Part shown: positions 37,997-47,724 of the stretch, one piece after another
Numbering within the stretch: position 1 is the first letter of the stretch
Layout of the letters: each line of letters begins with the position of its first letter
Assembly: GCA_041686375.1 (NCBI GenBank)
Contig: JAWLEB010000004.1
Location: 45,672 to 109,671 of the forward strand
From: Bacteroidales bacterium
Lineage (GTDB): Bacteria; Bacteroidota; Bacteroidia; Bacteroidales; UBA12077
Direction of reading: 5' to 3'
Length of the DNA stretch: 64,000 bases
Position numbers and translations under genes: made by a program
The notes under the pieces: model-generated
The model's input: the letters and a program-made list of their open reading frames with translations, nothing else
Database searches by the model: none
What the model was told of the DNA's origin: nothing

Positions 37997-40444
37997 ATGA
38001 CTAAAGTATTCAAACTGATTGTGCTAATCTCATTCTTCCTCTTATTTTTTAGTAGTTTACATGCCCAGCAAGGAAAAAAGCCGGAACGAGAAGGTAAAGG
38101 TAATATTGAAGGAAATGTAAAAGTTAAAGAAACCGAGGAACCATTGGAATATGCCAATATCGTTCTTTACAAACAGGCAGATTCTTCTATTGTAACTGGG
38201 ACAGTATCCAGTGCAGACGGGCAATTTAATCTCTCAGATGTACCTTTTGGAAAATATTACATGGAAGTTGATTTCATTGGTTTTTATTCCAATACTATTC
38301 CCGGATTAAACATTACCCCCAGGTTACAGAATGAAGAGGTGGGAACAGTCTACTTAGAAGAAGCTTCACAGGAAATTGAGGGAGTTCAGGTAAGTGCCGA
38401 CCGAATGAAAGTAGAATATAAAGTTGATAAAAAGGTAATAAATGTAGAAAAAGATTTTGGTTCTGAAGGAGGTTCAGCCGTTGATGTTTTAGAAAATGTT
38501 CCTTCTGTACAGGTTGATATTGAGGGTAACGTTGAATTGCGGGGAACGGGAAATTTCAGAGTTTTAATAAATGGTAAGCCTTCTGTGTTGGAAGGCAGCG
38601 AAGCGCTTCAGCAATTGCCGGCAAACCGCATCAGTAACATTGAAATTATTACTAACCCCTCAGCAAAATATGACCCTGAAGGAACAGGCGGAATTATCAA
38701 TATTATTATGAAAGAACAAAAAGAACGGGGACTAAACGGACAACTTAAGGCATCCGCTGGAATGGGAGACAAGTATGATGCAAGTGTAAACTTAAATTAT
38801 CGTACAGGCAAACTTAATTTTTTCACTTCTCTTGATTACCGGGATTTTAATTTTGATATGACAAGAAAATTTGAACAGGAAAACTATTATTCAGAAGATT
38901 CCATTTCCTATCTCGACCAAAATATGGACCGAACTATGAATAGAACCGGATATTCTGCAAAAGGCGGTATTGATTACTACGTAACCGATAACAGTACGTT
39001 GACATTTTCTGCCCAGACAGGAACATATGGATTTGGAATGGATGCATTTAGTAAAACAGCCCGATCACGCCCTGACTTTTTTCGGCATGAAATTTCAAAC
39101 AGCGGTTTTGATAGTGATCATAACTATTACAGACTCTCAATGGACTTCCAGAACAACTTTGATGACAACGGTCACCAGCTAAACTCTTCAGCTTTCTACT
39201 CTGGCTCTGACAATACAGATGATAACTACTGGGATAATTATTTAACAGATTCTGATTGGGAGACACTTAGCGAAATAGGTATGCGCCAACAAATCAACCA
39301 GGAAAGTGAAGAGGATGAACTACAGTTAAAAGTTGACTATACACGTCCGATTGACGAAAGTGAACTCGAAATAGGATATATGGGTACTTACGATATTAGC
39401 AATGAGAATTATGTCAGGAAAATTTACGAAAATGAAGAATGGGTAACCGATGAGAGCTCTTATAACTCATATGACTTCTACAGATTTGTACAAGCCATGT
39501 ACACCACTTACTCGGGAAATGCACTTGGAATAGATTATAAATTGGGTATAAGAGGTGAATACACAAAAAGAGAGTTGGAAAAGGCTAGTAATGAGCAATA
39601 TTTTATTGACCGTTTTGATGTGTTTCCATCAGCTCATTTTTCAAAGGAAATAGATAGGGGTGAGCAAGTATTCTTAAGCTACAGCCGCCGAATAAGAAGA
39701 CCACGCAGTTGGTTTCTTGATCCCTTTGAGAGACAAGCAAATGAATATACAATGAGAGTGGGAAATCCGGGACTTGAACCAGAATACACGGGTTCATATG
39801 AAATAGGATACAAAAAATCTTTTAATAGCTCTTTTGTATCAGTAGAAGGATATCACAGACGTACCAGCAATAAAATAGAACGTATTCAGAAACTTGGTGA
39901 GAATGATAAGGCAATTATGACATCCGAAAATGTTGATGAAGCAACATCCACAGGAGTTGAAGCAACAATCAATTCAAGAATATATAAGTGGTGGAATTTA
40001 AATGCCAGTGGAAGTCTTTACCGATATGAGCTTGAAGGTGATGTTTCAACTCAAAATGTATCAACAAACAGCAATAACTGGAACCTCAGATTTAATAATG
40101 ATTTTAGGTTGCCCTCAGGGACAAGGTTTCAACTTACCGCTATGTATGTAGGTCCTTCTGTGACATCACAGGGAGAAAGGGAAGGTTTTTTCATGACCAA
40201 TGCTGCTATTAAGCAGTCATTGCTGGATAATAACCTGACTTTAACACTTAGCGGAAGAGATTTGTTCCAATCCAGAAATCGTGAAATGACTTCTAGTGGT
40301 CCTGACTTCCAATCTTCTAATTATTTCGAAAGAGAATCACCTATCGTTACTTTCAGTGTGAGCTACTCATTTAATAATTATAAAGAAAAAAGACGGGAAC
40401 GAGACCAGTCAGGACAAGAATTTGAAGATATGGAAACTTTCTAA
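37997..40444 (+). CDS. TonB-dependent receptor / outer-membrane beta-barrel protein with an N-terminal CarboxypepD_reg domain
   Basis: The internal ATG at 37997 gives the signal peptide MTKVFKLIVLISFFLLFFSSLHAQ. It has a carboxypeptidase-regulatory-like domain (GNVKVKE...GKYYMEVDFIGF), a plug, a long beta-rich barrel and a C-terminal aromatic residue (ETF). Confidence 0.85.
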   Translation: MTKVFKLIVLISFFLLFFSSLHAQQGKKPEREGKGNIEGNVKVKETEEPLEYANIVLYKQADSSIVTGTVSSADGQFNLSDVPFGKYYMEVDFIGFYSNTIPGLNITPRLQNEEVGTVYLEEASQEIEGVQVSADRMKVEYKVDKKVINVEKDFGSEGGSAVDVLENVPSVQVDIEGNVELRGTGNFRVLINGKPSVLEGSEALQQLPANRISNIEIITNPSAKYDPEGTGGIINIIMKEQKERGLNGQLKASAGMGDKYDASVNLNYRTGKLNFFTSLDYRDFNFDMTRKFEQENYYSEDSISYLDQNMDRTMNRTGYSAKGGIDYYVTDNSTLTFSAQTGTYGFGMDAFSKTARSRPDFFRHEISNSGFDSDHNYYRLSMDFQNNFDDNGHQLNSSAFYSGSDNTDDNYWDNYLTDSDWETLSEIGMRQQINQESEEDELQLKVDYTRPIDESELEIGYMGTYDISNENYVRKIYENEEWVTDESSYNSYDFYRFVQAMYTTYSGNALGIDYKLGIRGEYTKRELEKASNEQYFIDRFDVFPSAHFSKEIDRGEQVFLSYSRRIRRPRSWFLDPFERQANEYTMRVGNPGLEPEYTGSYEIGYKKSFNSSFVSVEGYHRRTSNKIERIQKLGENDKAIMTSENVDEATSTGVEATINSRIYKWWNLNASGSLYRYELEGDVSTQNVSTNSNNWNLRFNNDFRLPSGTRFQLTAMYVGPSVTSQGEREGFFMTNAAIKQSLLDNNLTLTLSGRDLFQSRNREMTSSGPDFQSSNYFERESPIVTFSVSYSFNNYKEKRRERDQSGQEFEDMETF

Positions 40445-40544
40445 GAAAAAAACAGTATAGTTGACAACAGGGCTGTGTCAAAAGAGAAATTCAATAGATT
40501 TTCAGCAAGTTTTTGCCCCGATCCGGCAATTGCCAGATGAAGTT

Positions 40545-40610
40545 ACTGAAAATCAAGACTTTCGGCCACTGCCGGATAAGGAGCAAAATCTGATTTTCAG
40601 TTTATTTATT
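40545..40610 (+). terminator. Long hairpin plus T-rich tail within a structured intergenic region
   Basis: actgaaaatca (40545-40555) and tgattttcagt (40591-40601) are 11-bp perfect complements. They enclose an inner cggc-cact-gccg hairpin and are followed by ttatttatt. Confidence 0.45.
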
Positions 40611-40715
40611 ATGAGTGACTTTTTATACTGCCCCTGTTGTTATTAATATTAAAGGTTCTTCCTTTTTGAAAATTATTCTGCATATATTTGTATAAAATGA
40701 ACAACAAACAACTTT

Positions 40716-41213
40716 ATGGGATTAATTATAGAAGCTACTGATGATACACCATTAGTAAAACTTGATGAAACTGGGAGAATCCTAATTGAAGGCCGTTCTT
40801 TGCCAGAAAACGTTGCTTTGTTTTATAAACCTATCCTCAAATGGATAGAGGAATATGTCAAAATCCCTGCACAAAAAACAAATGTAAAAATTTTTTTTAC
40901 TTATTATAACAGCAGCTCATTCAAATGCATTAATGACATTTTATATAAGCTCATAGAAATTTATCCTAAGCATCCAATGAAAATAGAATGGCTTTATGAG
41001 GAAGATGATCAATCTATATATGAAACAGGGCTGGAATTTCAGAAGGAACTGGGCGTACCATTTGATATTGTTGAAAAACCCGTTATAGAAGAGAAAAAGG
41101 AAAAATTGACAATAAGAAGTAGAAAAAACAATAAAACATATGAAGTTACAAGAGAATATTGGAATCTGATAGTCCGCAACGGACGCGACAAAGATTTTGA
41201 TATTCTCAGATAA
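40716..41213 (+). CDS. Second DUF1987 / SiaC-like protein with a basic C-terminal extension (orphan)
   Basis: 165 aa. ATDDTPLV...IEGRSLPEN...FYKPILKWIEEY and YYNSSSFK motifs match the DUF1987 gene at 8697-9077. About 40 extra K/R-rich residues follow. Confidence 0.75.
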   Translation: MGLIIEATDDTPLVKLDETGRILIEGRSLPENVALFYKPILKWIEEYVKIPAQKTNVKIFFTYYNSSSFKCINDILYKLIEIYPKHPMKIEWLYEEDDQSIYETGLEFQKELGVPFDIVEKPVIEEKKEKLTIRSRKNNKTYEVTREYWNLIVRNGRDKDFDILR

Positions 41214-41412
41214 AACATCAACACTCCCATAAAAGAAAATGGAGTTTGCTTCTGCTAAGTTTTTTGCTTCAAGAATCTTACCTTTAAAGAGCAGACAAAT
41301 GATAGCTGGGTAAAGTTACATTTATATAAAAATTTGGAGATTAAAATATAAAATCAAAGTATTTTCATTATTTTTAATTGCCTTTTTTATTAATCCCTTA
41401 AAAATAAAATCA

Positions 41413-41844
41413 ATGACCAAAAACGATAATACATTACAGCTTATTGATCTGTTATCCAATGTATTATCTTATTTGCTTGAACTTAAAAAAAGAGGCAAGT
41501 ACCAACAAGGTATTGAATTAATTGACGAGACACTTCAAAATTACCTGGAATTTAATAAATCTAAGATCAACGTTCTTTCTGAACAATTTTTAGAAGAAGT
41601 GTATCAGAACTCTGATAAACTCACTTATGAAGTTGTAAACCTTATAGGCGATCTTCTGAATGAAAAAGGGGAGCTGTTATATAGTCAGAATAAGTTAAAC
41701 GAAAGCAAAGAAATATTGGAAAACGCCCTGAGTATTTATTTTTTCTTAAATGATCAACAGGATTTTTATTCCTTTGAACGCATGAATAAAATGGTTATGA
41801 TCAATAATACGCTTTCCCGAATTGACCTCCAAATCCAGAAATAA
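41413..41844 (+). CDS. Hypothetical helical protein (143 aa)
   Basis: ORF only; no family recognised. Confidence 0.45.
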   Translation: MTKNDNTLQLIDLLSNVLSYLLELKKRGKYQQGIELIDETLQNYLEFNKSKINVLSEQFLEEVYQNSDKLTYEVVNLIGDLLNEKGELLYSQNKLNESKEILENALSIYFFLNDQQDFYSFERMNKMVMINNTLSRIDLQIQK

Positions 41845-41896
41845 GACTTTACTAGAGAGTTAAAGATTATTGCTCCGGCAATTTATATGTTCCATA

Positions 41897-42709
41897 TCAG
41901 GCTAACAAGAGCAAGCTAATTGCCATAACACCCATTCCCCCTATCAAACCGTAAATTGAAAGATGGTGCTCACCATACTCTCTGGCAGCGGGCAACAACT
42001 CATCAAAAGATATAAAAACCATTATACCTGCCACCGAGGCAAAAAGAATTCCAAAAACAGTGGGATTTAAAAATGGCATGAGAAGCATGTATCCTATAAT
42101 GGCTCCTACTGGTTCTGCTAAGCCTGATAAAAACGAATACATAAAGGCTTTTTTCTTGTTGTCTGTAGCATAATAAATGGGTACGGAAACTGCAATCCCT
42201 TCGGGAATATTATGGATAGCAATAGCAACAGCTATGGCAATACCAATTTCCATATTGTTTAAAGCAGCAGTAAATGTAGCCAGGCCTTCAGGAAAATTAT
42301 GAATTGCTATAGCCAATGCTGTAAACAGCCCCGTTTTCATCATTTGCGAATCTTTTGCTTTTCCATTCTGCGAATCCAACTCCTCTACCAACCGAACTTC
42401 ATGAGGGTTTTTTCGCTCTGGGATTAAATAATCAATGATACCGATAAAAATTATCCCTCCAAAAAAGGCAGCTAAAGTTACCCAGTATCCCATGTTATCT
42501 CCCAGACCTTCAGAAAGCGATTCTTTTGCTTTAGGGAAAATTTCCATCATGGAAACATAAATCATTACTCCCGCTGAAAATCCCAGAGACAGTGAAAGAA
42601 ATCGTTTATTGGTGGTTTTGGTAAAAAAGGCAATTATACTCCCGATACCTGTGGATAAACCAGCAAAAAGCGTTAACAAAAATGCAAAGAGTACATTTTC
42701 TTCAATCAT
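41897..42709 (-). CDS. zupT: ZIP-family zinc transporter ZupT
   Basis: 270 aa with multiple TM helices and two IAIHNFPEG / IAIHNIPEG metal-binding motifs. Confidence 0.88.
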   Translation of the reverse strand: MIEENVLFAFLLTLFAGLSTGIGSIIAFFTKTTNKRFLSLSLGFSAGVMIYVSMMEIFPKAKESLSEGLGDNMGYWVTLAAFFGGIIFIGIIDYLIPERKNPHEVRLVEELDSQNGKAKDSQMMKTGLFTALAIAIHNFPEGLATFTAALNNMEIGIAIAVAIAIHNIPEGIAVSVPIYYATDNKKKAFMYSFLSGLAEPVGAIIGYMLLMPFLNPTVFGILFASVAGIMVFISFDELLPAAREYGEHHLSIYGLIGGMGVMAISLLLLA

Positions 42710-42751
42710 GTCTGAATGATTTAAAGCCTAAAATACAATTGTTTGATATTA

Positions 42752-43225
42752 TTATGTCTCATCTGATATACTATCTTCGTATCCTTTATCAACAAGCAAA
42801 TTGTTTTTTTTTGAGGCTTCTACAGCCAGCTTGTCGCAACGTTCATTTTCCTTTACATTCGAATGCCCTTCGACCCATATAATTTCAACATTATGCCTTT
42901 GGTAATGTTCAAGGAATTGTTTCCATAGATCGACATTTTTTTTCTTTTTAAATTGTTTCTTCTCCCAGTTAAACACCCAACCTTTATTAACTGCATCTGC
43001 TATATATTTTGAATCGGTATACAGTGTTATATTATTTCCGGTGCTTTTCAAGGTTTCAAATGCTTTTATTACTGCAAGCAGCTCCATTCTGTTGTTTGTA
43101 GTTTTTCTGAATCCCTCTGATAATTCCTTCCGATGCTTTCCGGACAGCAAGACCACCCCATATCCGCCCGGACCGGGATTTCCTCTTGCAGCTCCGTCAG
43201 TGTAAATTGTTATTTTATGCGCCAT
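42752..43225 (-). CDS. rnhA: Ribonuclease HI
   Basis: 157 aa with YTDGAARGNPGPGGYG, TNNRMEL, YTDSKY and WVEGHS...NERCDKLA motifs. Confidence 0.93.
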   Translation of the reverse strand: MAHKITIYTDGAARGNPGPGGYGVVLLSGKHRKELSEGFRKTTNNRMELLAVIKAFETLKSTGNNITLYTDSKYIADAVNKGWVFNWEKKQFKKKKNVDLWKQFLEHYQRHNVEIIWVEGHSNVKENERCDKLAVEASKKNNLLVDKGYEDSISDET

Positions 43226-43238
43226 GTATCAAATATAT

Positions 43239-43274
43239 AAAAAAGAGGCTGCCAGAATAGAACATGGCAACCTC
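43239..43274 (-). terminator. Rho-independent terminator after the S46 peptidase gene
   Basis: The minus strand reads gaggttgcca-loop-tggcagcctc followed by a run of 6 T (tttttt). Confidence 0.75.
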
Positions 43275-43295
43275 TCTGTCAAAAAATTATTTTTC

Positions 43296-45452
43296 TTATT
43301 CAACAATATCCATTTCTTCGATCAGGTGATCAGCTCCGGCAAATTTATCGATAACAAAAAGAATATATCTAACATCAACACTGATGGTTCGTTGTAATTC
43401 AGGCTCAAATTTTATATCGCCACTCATTGCTTCCCAGTTTCCGTCAAAAGCTATACCAGTTAATTCACCTTTATCATTTAACACAGGGCTACCGGAATTT
43501 CCACCCGTAATATCATTATTGGAAATGAAACAAATACGCATTTCACCATTTTCACCATAGCGTCCATAATCTTTCTTTTTATAGAGCTCTTTAAGTTTAG
43601 CGGGAACTATAAATTCCTCATCATCCGGATCTTCTTTTTCCATAACACCTTTTAGGGTCGTATAATAATCGTAATGTACGGCATCCCTTGGATAGTAATC
43701 GTCAATCTTTCCATAGGTCAGTCTCATTGTAAAGTTAGCATCCGGGTAAAAATCCTTGTTTTCTTCCATCTCCCTGAGACCAGCAAGGAAAAGACGTTGA
43801 CCTTTATTCAATTGCATTTCAAAACTACGGTATTTATTTCCAATTTGCTTTATTTTACCTTGTATGGATTGCATAGCCCCAAAAGCCGGGTCAGCCTCCA
43901 GTATCTCTGCCTCGGGATCCTCGAGAAAGTTCTTTACCCTGTCCAAAGAAGTGAACATGGAGTTATTATATATCTCATCTGCATATTTCTCAAAATCGCC
44001 ATCATATAATTCTTCTATTTTAGAGAAAAGTTCGGGTTGATGTTCTTCTTCAACATTTTTATAGAAAATTTTAAAGAGTGCAGCCATAATACGTTTATCC
44101 GTTGGAGCATGATAATCTTCATAAAAATCTTCTAAGCTGGTATTAATATTTTCTACTTCCGCTTCAATGGCCTCGGTACTATCCGGATTTTCACTTAAAG
44201 TTTGATACAATCCCATAAACCTTGAACTGAAATTAATAATTTCTGCTCCCTGAAACAATGCCTCAGCCATATAGTTATAAGTGCGGAAGAAAGTCTCCCT
44301 GTCTTCGTAAGCCTCTGAAATTAATGTCAATGCTTCTCCATATTTTTCCTCTCTTTTTGGATCTGCATCAACCCAATCTCTGAATTTATCTTCCAGTTTC
44401 TTTTTCTCTTGAATAACATTCAACCTTCTTAGCCCTTCATTTTGTCCAATACTGTATTTGTAATAATTTGAACTTCCGGAGAACTTTGAAGCATATTTAA
44501 TACGTAGCTCTTCGCTGGCATTCATAGCTTCTTTCATAATTTCCAGCTTTTTTTCTCTCACTTTAATCCGGGTAGGATTGACAATTTTCATGGTTTCCTC
44601 AACGCCATAGGAGGTCATATACCGGCTGGTTCCGCCAGGATATCCAAGAATCATTGAATAATCATCCTTTTCGACTCCTTTCAGGGAAATTGGAAAATGA
44701 TGCTTTGGCTCTAAAGGTACATTTTCTTCTGAATATTCGGCGGGTGTACCATCAGGAGCAGAATAAACCCTGAAGATAGCGAAATCGCCTGTATGTCTTG
44801 GCCACATCCAGTTATCTGTATCATGGCCGAATTTACCTATTGATTCACGGGGTGCTCCTACCATTCTTACATCCTCATATTTTTCATATATCATCAGGTA
44901 AAATTCATTTCCGTTATAAAAACTTTTCACATTTGCATTATAATCATTATCCTCGGTAGCTTTATTTTCTATTTGGACTGCAATCTCATCAATTTTTTGT
45001 GCACGTTCTTCTTCGGTCATATCTTCATCCAACTCAGAGGTTACACGCTCTGTAACATCCTCCATTTTGACAAGAAAAGACACGTATAAACCGTCGATTG
45101 GAATTTCTTCATCTTTATTCTGTGCCCAGAATCCTTTTTTCAGATAGTTGTTTTCCGTTGAGCTGTGTTCTTGAATAGCACCATAACCACAATGGTGATT
45201 TGTAAAAATCAAACCTTGATCTGAAACAATTTCGCCGGTACAGAAACCACCGAAATTAACCACTGCATCTTTTACGCTTGACTGGTTAATACTATAAATA
45301 TCTTCTGCTGATAATTTAAGACCCATCTCCTGCATCCGATCCATGTTCATTTTCTCTAACATGGTTAACAACCACATGCCTTCATCGGCACGTATTGTCA
45401 AAATACTTGATAGCCAAACAGCAATAAATAAGAGAGATACTTTTCTTTTCAT
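43296..45452 (-). CDS. S46-family dipeptidyl peptidase (DPP7/DPP11-like)
   Basis: 718 aa with a signal peptide followed by ADEGMWL, TNHHCG (His) and GGNSGSPV (Ser). Confidence 0.88.
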   Translation of the reverse strand: MKRKVSLLFIAVWLSSILTIRADEGMWLLTMLEKMNMDRMQEMGLKLSAEDIYSINQSSVKDAVVNFGGFCTGEIVSDQGLIFTNHHCGYGAIQEHSSTENNYLKKGFWAQNKDEEIPIDGLYVSFLVKMEDVTERVTSELDEDMTEEERAQKIDEIAVQIENKATEDNDYNANVKSFYNGNEFYLMIYEKYEDVRMVGAPRESIGKFGHDTDNWMWPRHTGDFAIFRVYSAPDGTPAEYSEENVPLEPKHHFPISLKGVEKDDYSMILGYPGGTSRYMTSYGVEETMKIVNPTRIKVREKKLEIMKEAMNASEELRIKYASKFSGSSNYYKYSIGQNEGLRRLNVIQEKKKLEDKFRDWVDADPKREEKYGEALTLISEAYEDRETFFRTYNYMAEALFQGAEIINFSSRFMGLYQTLSENPDSTEAIEAEVENINTSLEDFYEDYHAPTDKRIMAALFKIFYKNVEEEHQPELFSKIEELYDGDFEKYADEIYNNSMFTSLDRVKNFLEDPEAEILEADPAFGAMQSIQGKIKQIGNKYRSFEMQLNKGQRLFLAGLREMEENKDFYPDANFTMRLTYGKIDDYYPRDAVHYDYYTTLKGVMEKEDPDDEEFIVPAKLKELYKKKDYGRYGENGEMRICFISNNDITGGNSGSPVLNDKGELTGIAFDGNWEAMSGDIKFEPELQRTISVDVRYILFVIDKFAGADHLIEEMDIVE

Positions 45453-45589
45453 ATGTACTTTATTTGATTTTATTAAAAAAAATTAAACTTTTAACTTAAC
45501 GTTAGTTAGAAAGAATTACAGACGAAATTACGCAAATATAATAAAATAAAAAAGTTAGGTTTGCAGAATCATTTTAGCATTTTATCATT

Positions 45590-46636
45590 ATGGAAGGAAA
45601 AAAGGATATCAGAGCAGTTACCATGGAGGATTTAAGCGATTATTTTGTCCGGAAAAGGGAAAAAAAATTTCGTGCAAAACAAGTATATGAATGGATATGG
45701 AATAAAGGCATTACTTCATTTGATGAAATGACAAACCTTTCAGCTCAGGATAGGGCTGGTCTTGCCAATGATTTCTATTTCAAGGCAATACAGATTCATC
45801 AAGAACAAAGAAGTGCAGATGGAACCATTAAGATTTCTTTCCAAACAAATGATGGGCATTTCATTGAAGGGGTACTTATTCCCTCAGGAAACAGAACTAC
45901 AGCGTGCATATCATCACAAATTGGCTGTACATTAAAATGCACATTCTGCGCAACAGGAACAATTAAGTTTAAACGCAACTTAACTGCTGGTGAAATTTTC
46001 GATCAGGTTCAATATTTAAACAAAAGATCACTGCAAAACTATCAAACAAGTTTATCCAATATAGTGTATATGGGCATGGGTGAACCTCTGCTTAACTATA
46101 AGGAGGTTATGCAATCTGTATATCATATTACTGATACCAGTGGAATGAATTTTTCCCCCAGAAGAATAACACTTTCTACTGTAGGTTTACCTGATAAAAT
46201 AAGACAATTAGCGAATGATAATATTAAATTCAATGTTGCCGTTTCTCTGCACTCAGCCATAGAAAAAAAAAGGAGCCAGTTGGTTCCTACAAACAAAAAG
46301 CATAATCTGGAGGAACTGAAACAAGCGCTTCAGTATTTCTATGAGCATTCAGGAAAGAGAATTACTTTTGAATATCTTATGCTGGGAGGAGTTAACGATA
46401 AGTTAGAAGATGCCAAAGCCCTTGCGGAGTATTGTAAAAATTTTCCGGTAAAAATAAACCTGATAGAATATAATCCTTACACTGGTCTAAATTTTAGTAA
46501 ATCAAAACCTGAACATCTTAAGAAGTTTCAGGAATTTTTAGAAAAAAAGAATATGATCGTGAAAATACGAAGAAGCCGCGGACAAGATATTGATGCAGCT
46601 TGTGGGCAACTTGCCGGAAAAGAAAAGAACAATTAA
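45590..46636 (+). CDS. rlmN: 23S rRNA/tRNA (adenine-C2)-methyltransferase RlmN (radical SAM)
   Basis: 348 aa with the radical SAM motif CTLKCTFC, MGMGEPL and a C-terminal DIDAACGQL. Confidence 0.93.
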   Translation: MEGKKDIRAVTMEDLSDYFVRKREKKFRAKQVYEWIWNKGITSFDEMTNLSAQDRAGLANDFYFKAIQIHQEQRSADGTIKISFQTNDGHFIEGVLIPSGNRTTACISSQIGCTLKCTFCATGTIKFKRNLTAGEIFDQVQYLNKRSLQNYQTSLSNIVYMGMGEPLLNYKEVMQSVYHITDTSGMNFSPRRITLSTVGLPDKIRQLANDNIKFNVAVSLHSAIEKKRSQLVPTNKKHNLEELKQALQYFYEHSGKRITFEYLMLGGVNDKLEDAKALAEYCKNFPVKINLIEYNPYTGLNFSKSKPEHLKKFQEFLEKKNMIVKIRRSRGQDIDAACGQLAGKEKNN

Positions 46637-46690
46637 GAGACTAAAAAACTGTTTTGATTTTGTCCTACTTTGACAAATTAGTTTTATTTA

Positions 46691-46800
46691 TAGCCCCGTC
46701 TTTAGGGCGGGGTCTGTGGGAAAGCCTAATTATCTGTTCGATTTTTAGAAATCATAGACCAGGAGGCGCATTTGAATCCCCGCCCAAAAGCACAGGGCTA
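46691..46800. repeat. Roughly 110-bp element bounded by GC-rich imperfect terminal inverted repeats of about 22 nt
   Basis: Left arm tagccccgtctttagggcgggg (46691-46712). Right arm ccccgcccaaaagcacagggcta (46778-46800), whose reverse complement is tagccctgtgcttttgggcgggg. The left arm also folds on itself (ccccgtc/ggcgggg). Confidence 0.6.
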
Positions 46801-46853
46801 TGCAAAATATCATCTTCAAAATTTGGTAAAGCAAAATTTCTAAAATTATAGTC

Positions 46854-47441
46854 CTATTTATCTTCTTGTTGCTTTTTTTGTTCTTCTTTTTGTTCTTCCG
46901 TTGGTTCCGTGTAGCTGTATGCAATGCCTTCTATTTCATAAGTAGGTACTTCGCCAAACCCACCGGATGCTTCAGTATCTGTTACTAAAACAAATTCTGC
47001 ACCCATATTTGCTGCACGCCTTTTTATCCGGATCTTGGCATTTCGTTCTGCTGATTTAGGTGTTCGTGTATTAGTGCCTGAATTGCCGTGTACTTCTCCA
47101 ACTTCATGGAGATTTTTTACATCACTCTCATCTTCTGTCAGAATTACATTTCGCCAATCAATAGACTCCACATCCATTACAAGAGGATCATTAAAGTGCT
47201 CTTTTCGCCCCGATGCAAATATAATTTTATGAAGATTTTTCGTTTTAATATATTGCATCTCGTCATCTCCAGGCTCTTTATAAGCTACACTTGTATATCT
47301 GACGCCTTTTATATCCACAAGTATTTTTTCCTGCCCCAAAAGATACATGGTATCAAGTTCAGTTTTTTCCTGGGAATATACTGAAACAGCCGATAAAATA
47401 ATTATTAAGAAAAATACTCCCTTTTTCATTATACGAATCAT
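46854..47441 (-). CDS. Hypothetical secreted protein with an acidic/lysine-rich tail
   Basis: 195 aa with a signal peptide (VSVYSQ). No family recognised. Confidence 0.55.
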   Translation of the reverse strand: MIRIMKKGVFFLIIILSAVSVYSQEKTELDTMYLLGQEKILVDIKGVRYTSVAYKEPGDDEMQYIKTKNLHKIIFASGRKEHFNDPLVMDVESIDWRNVILTEDESDVKNLHEVGEVHGNSGTNTRTPKSAERNAKIRIKRRAANMGAEFVLVTDTEASGGFGEVPTYEIEGIAYSYTEPTEEQKEEQKKQQEDK

Positions 47442-47724
47442 ATTAATAGTTTAATAGGGATAAAAACAAAAAACATACCACAGTAAGACTTTTATGTTTG
47501 AGATAAACATCTATCTTTTTTACCAGATACAAAATTATTCAATTAAATTAAGTTACCCAAAAGTAAGTAACGAATCTTCTTAGTAAATAAGTACAAAAAA
47601 ATTAATAACTTATTCATTCGTATTCAATAAATAAAAAAATAATTAACAAATTCTGTTTTGCTTGTTGAAAAACAAATTCCACAGCAATTATTCTTTTCTT
47701 TATTTTTACAAAAAATTTAGACAT

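Noticed and set aside
46654-46851. 65-aa ORF between rlmN and the convergent gene
   Set aside because: It is composed of the GC-rich inverted-repeat arms and starts with a non-ATG codon (TTG). It is better explained as a repeat or structured element.
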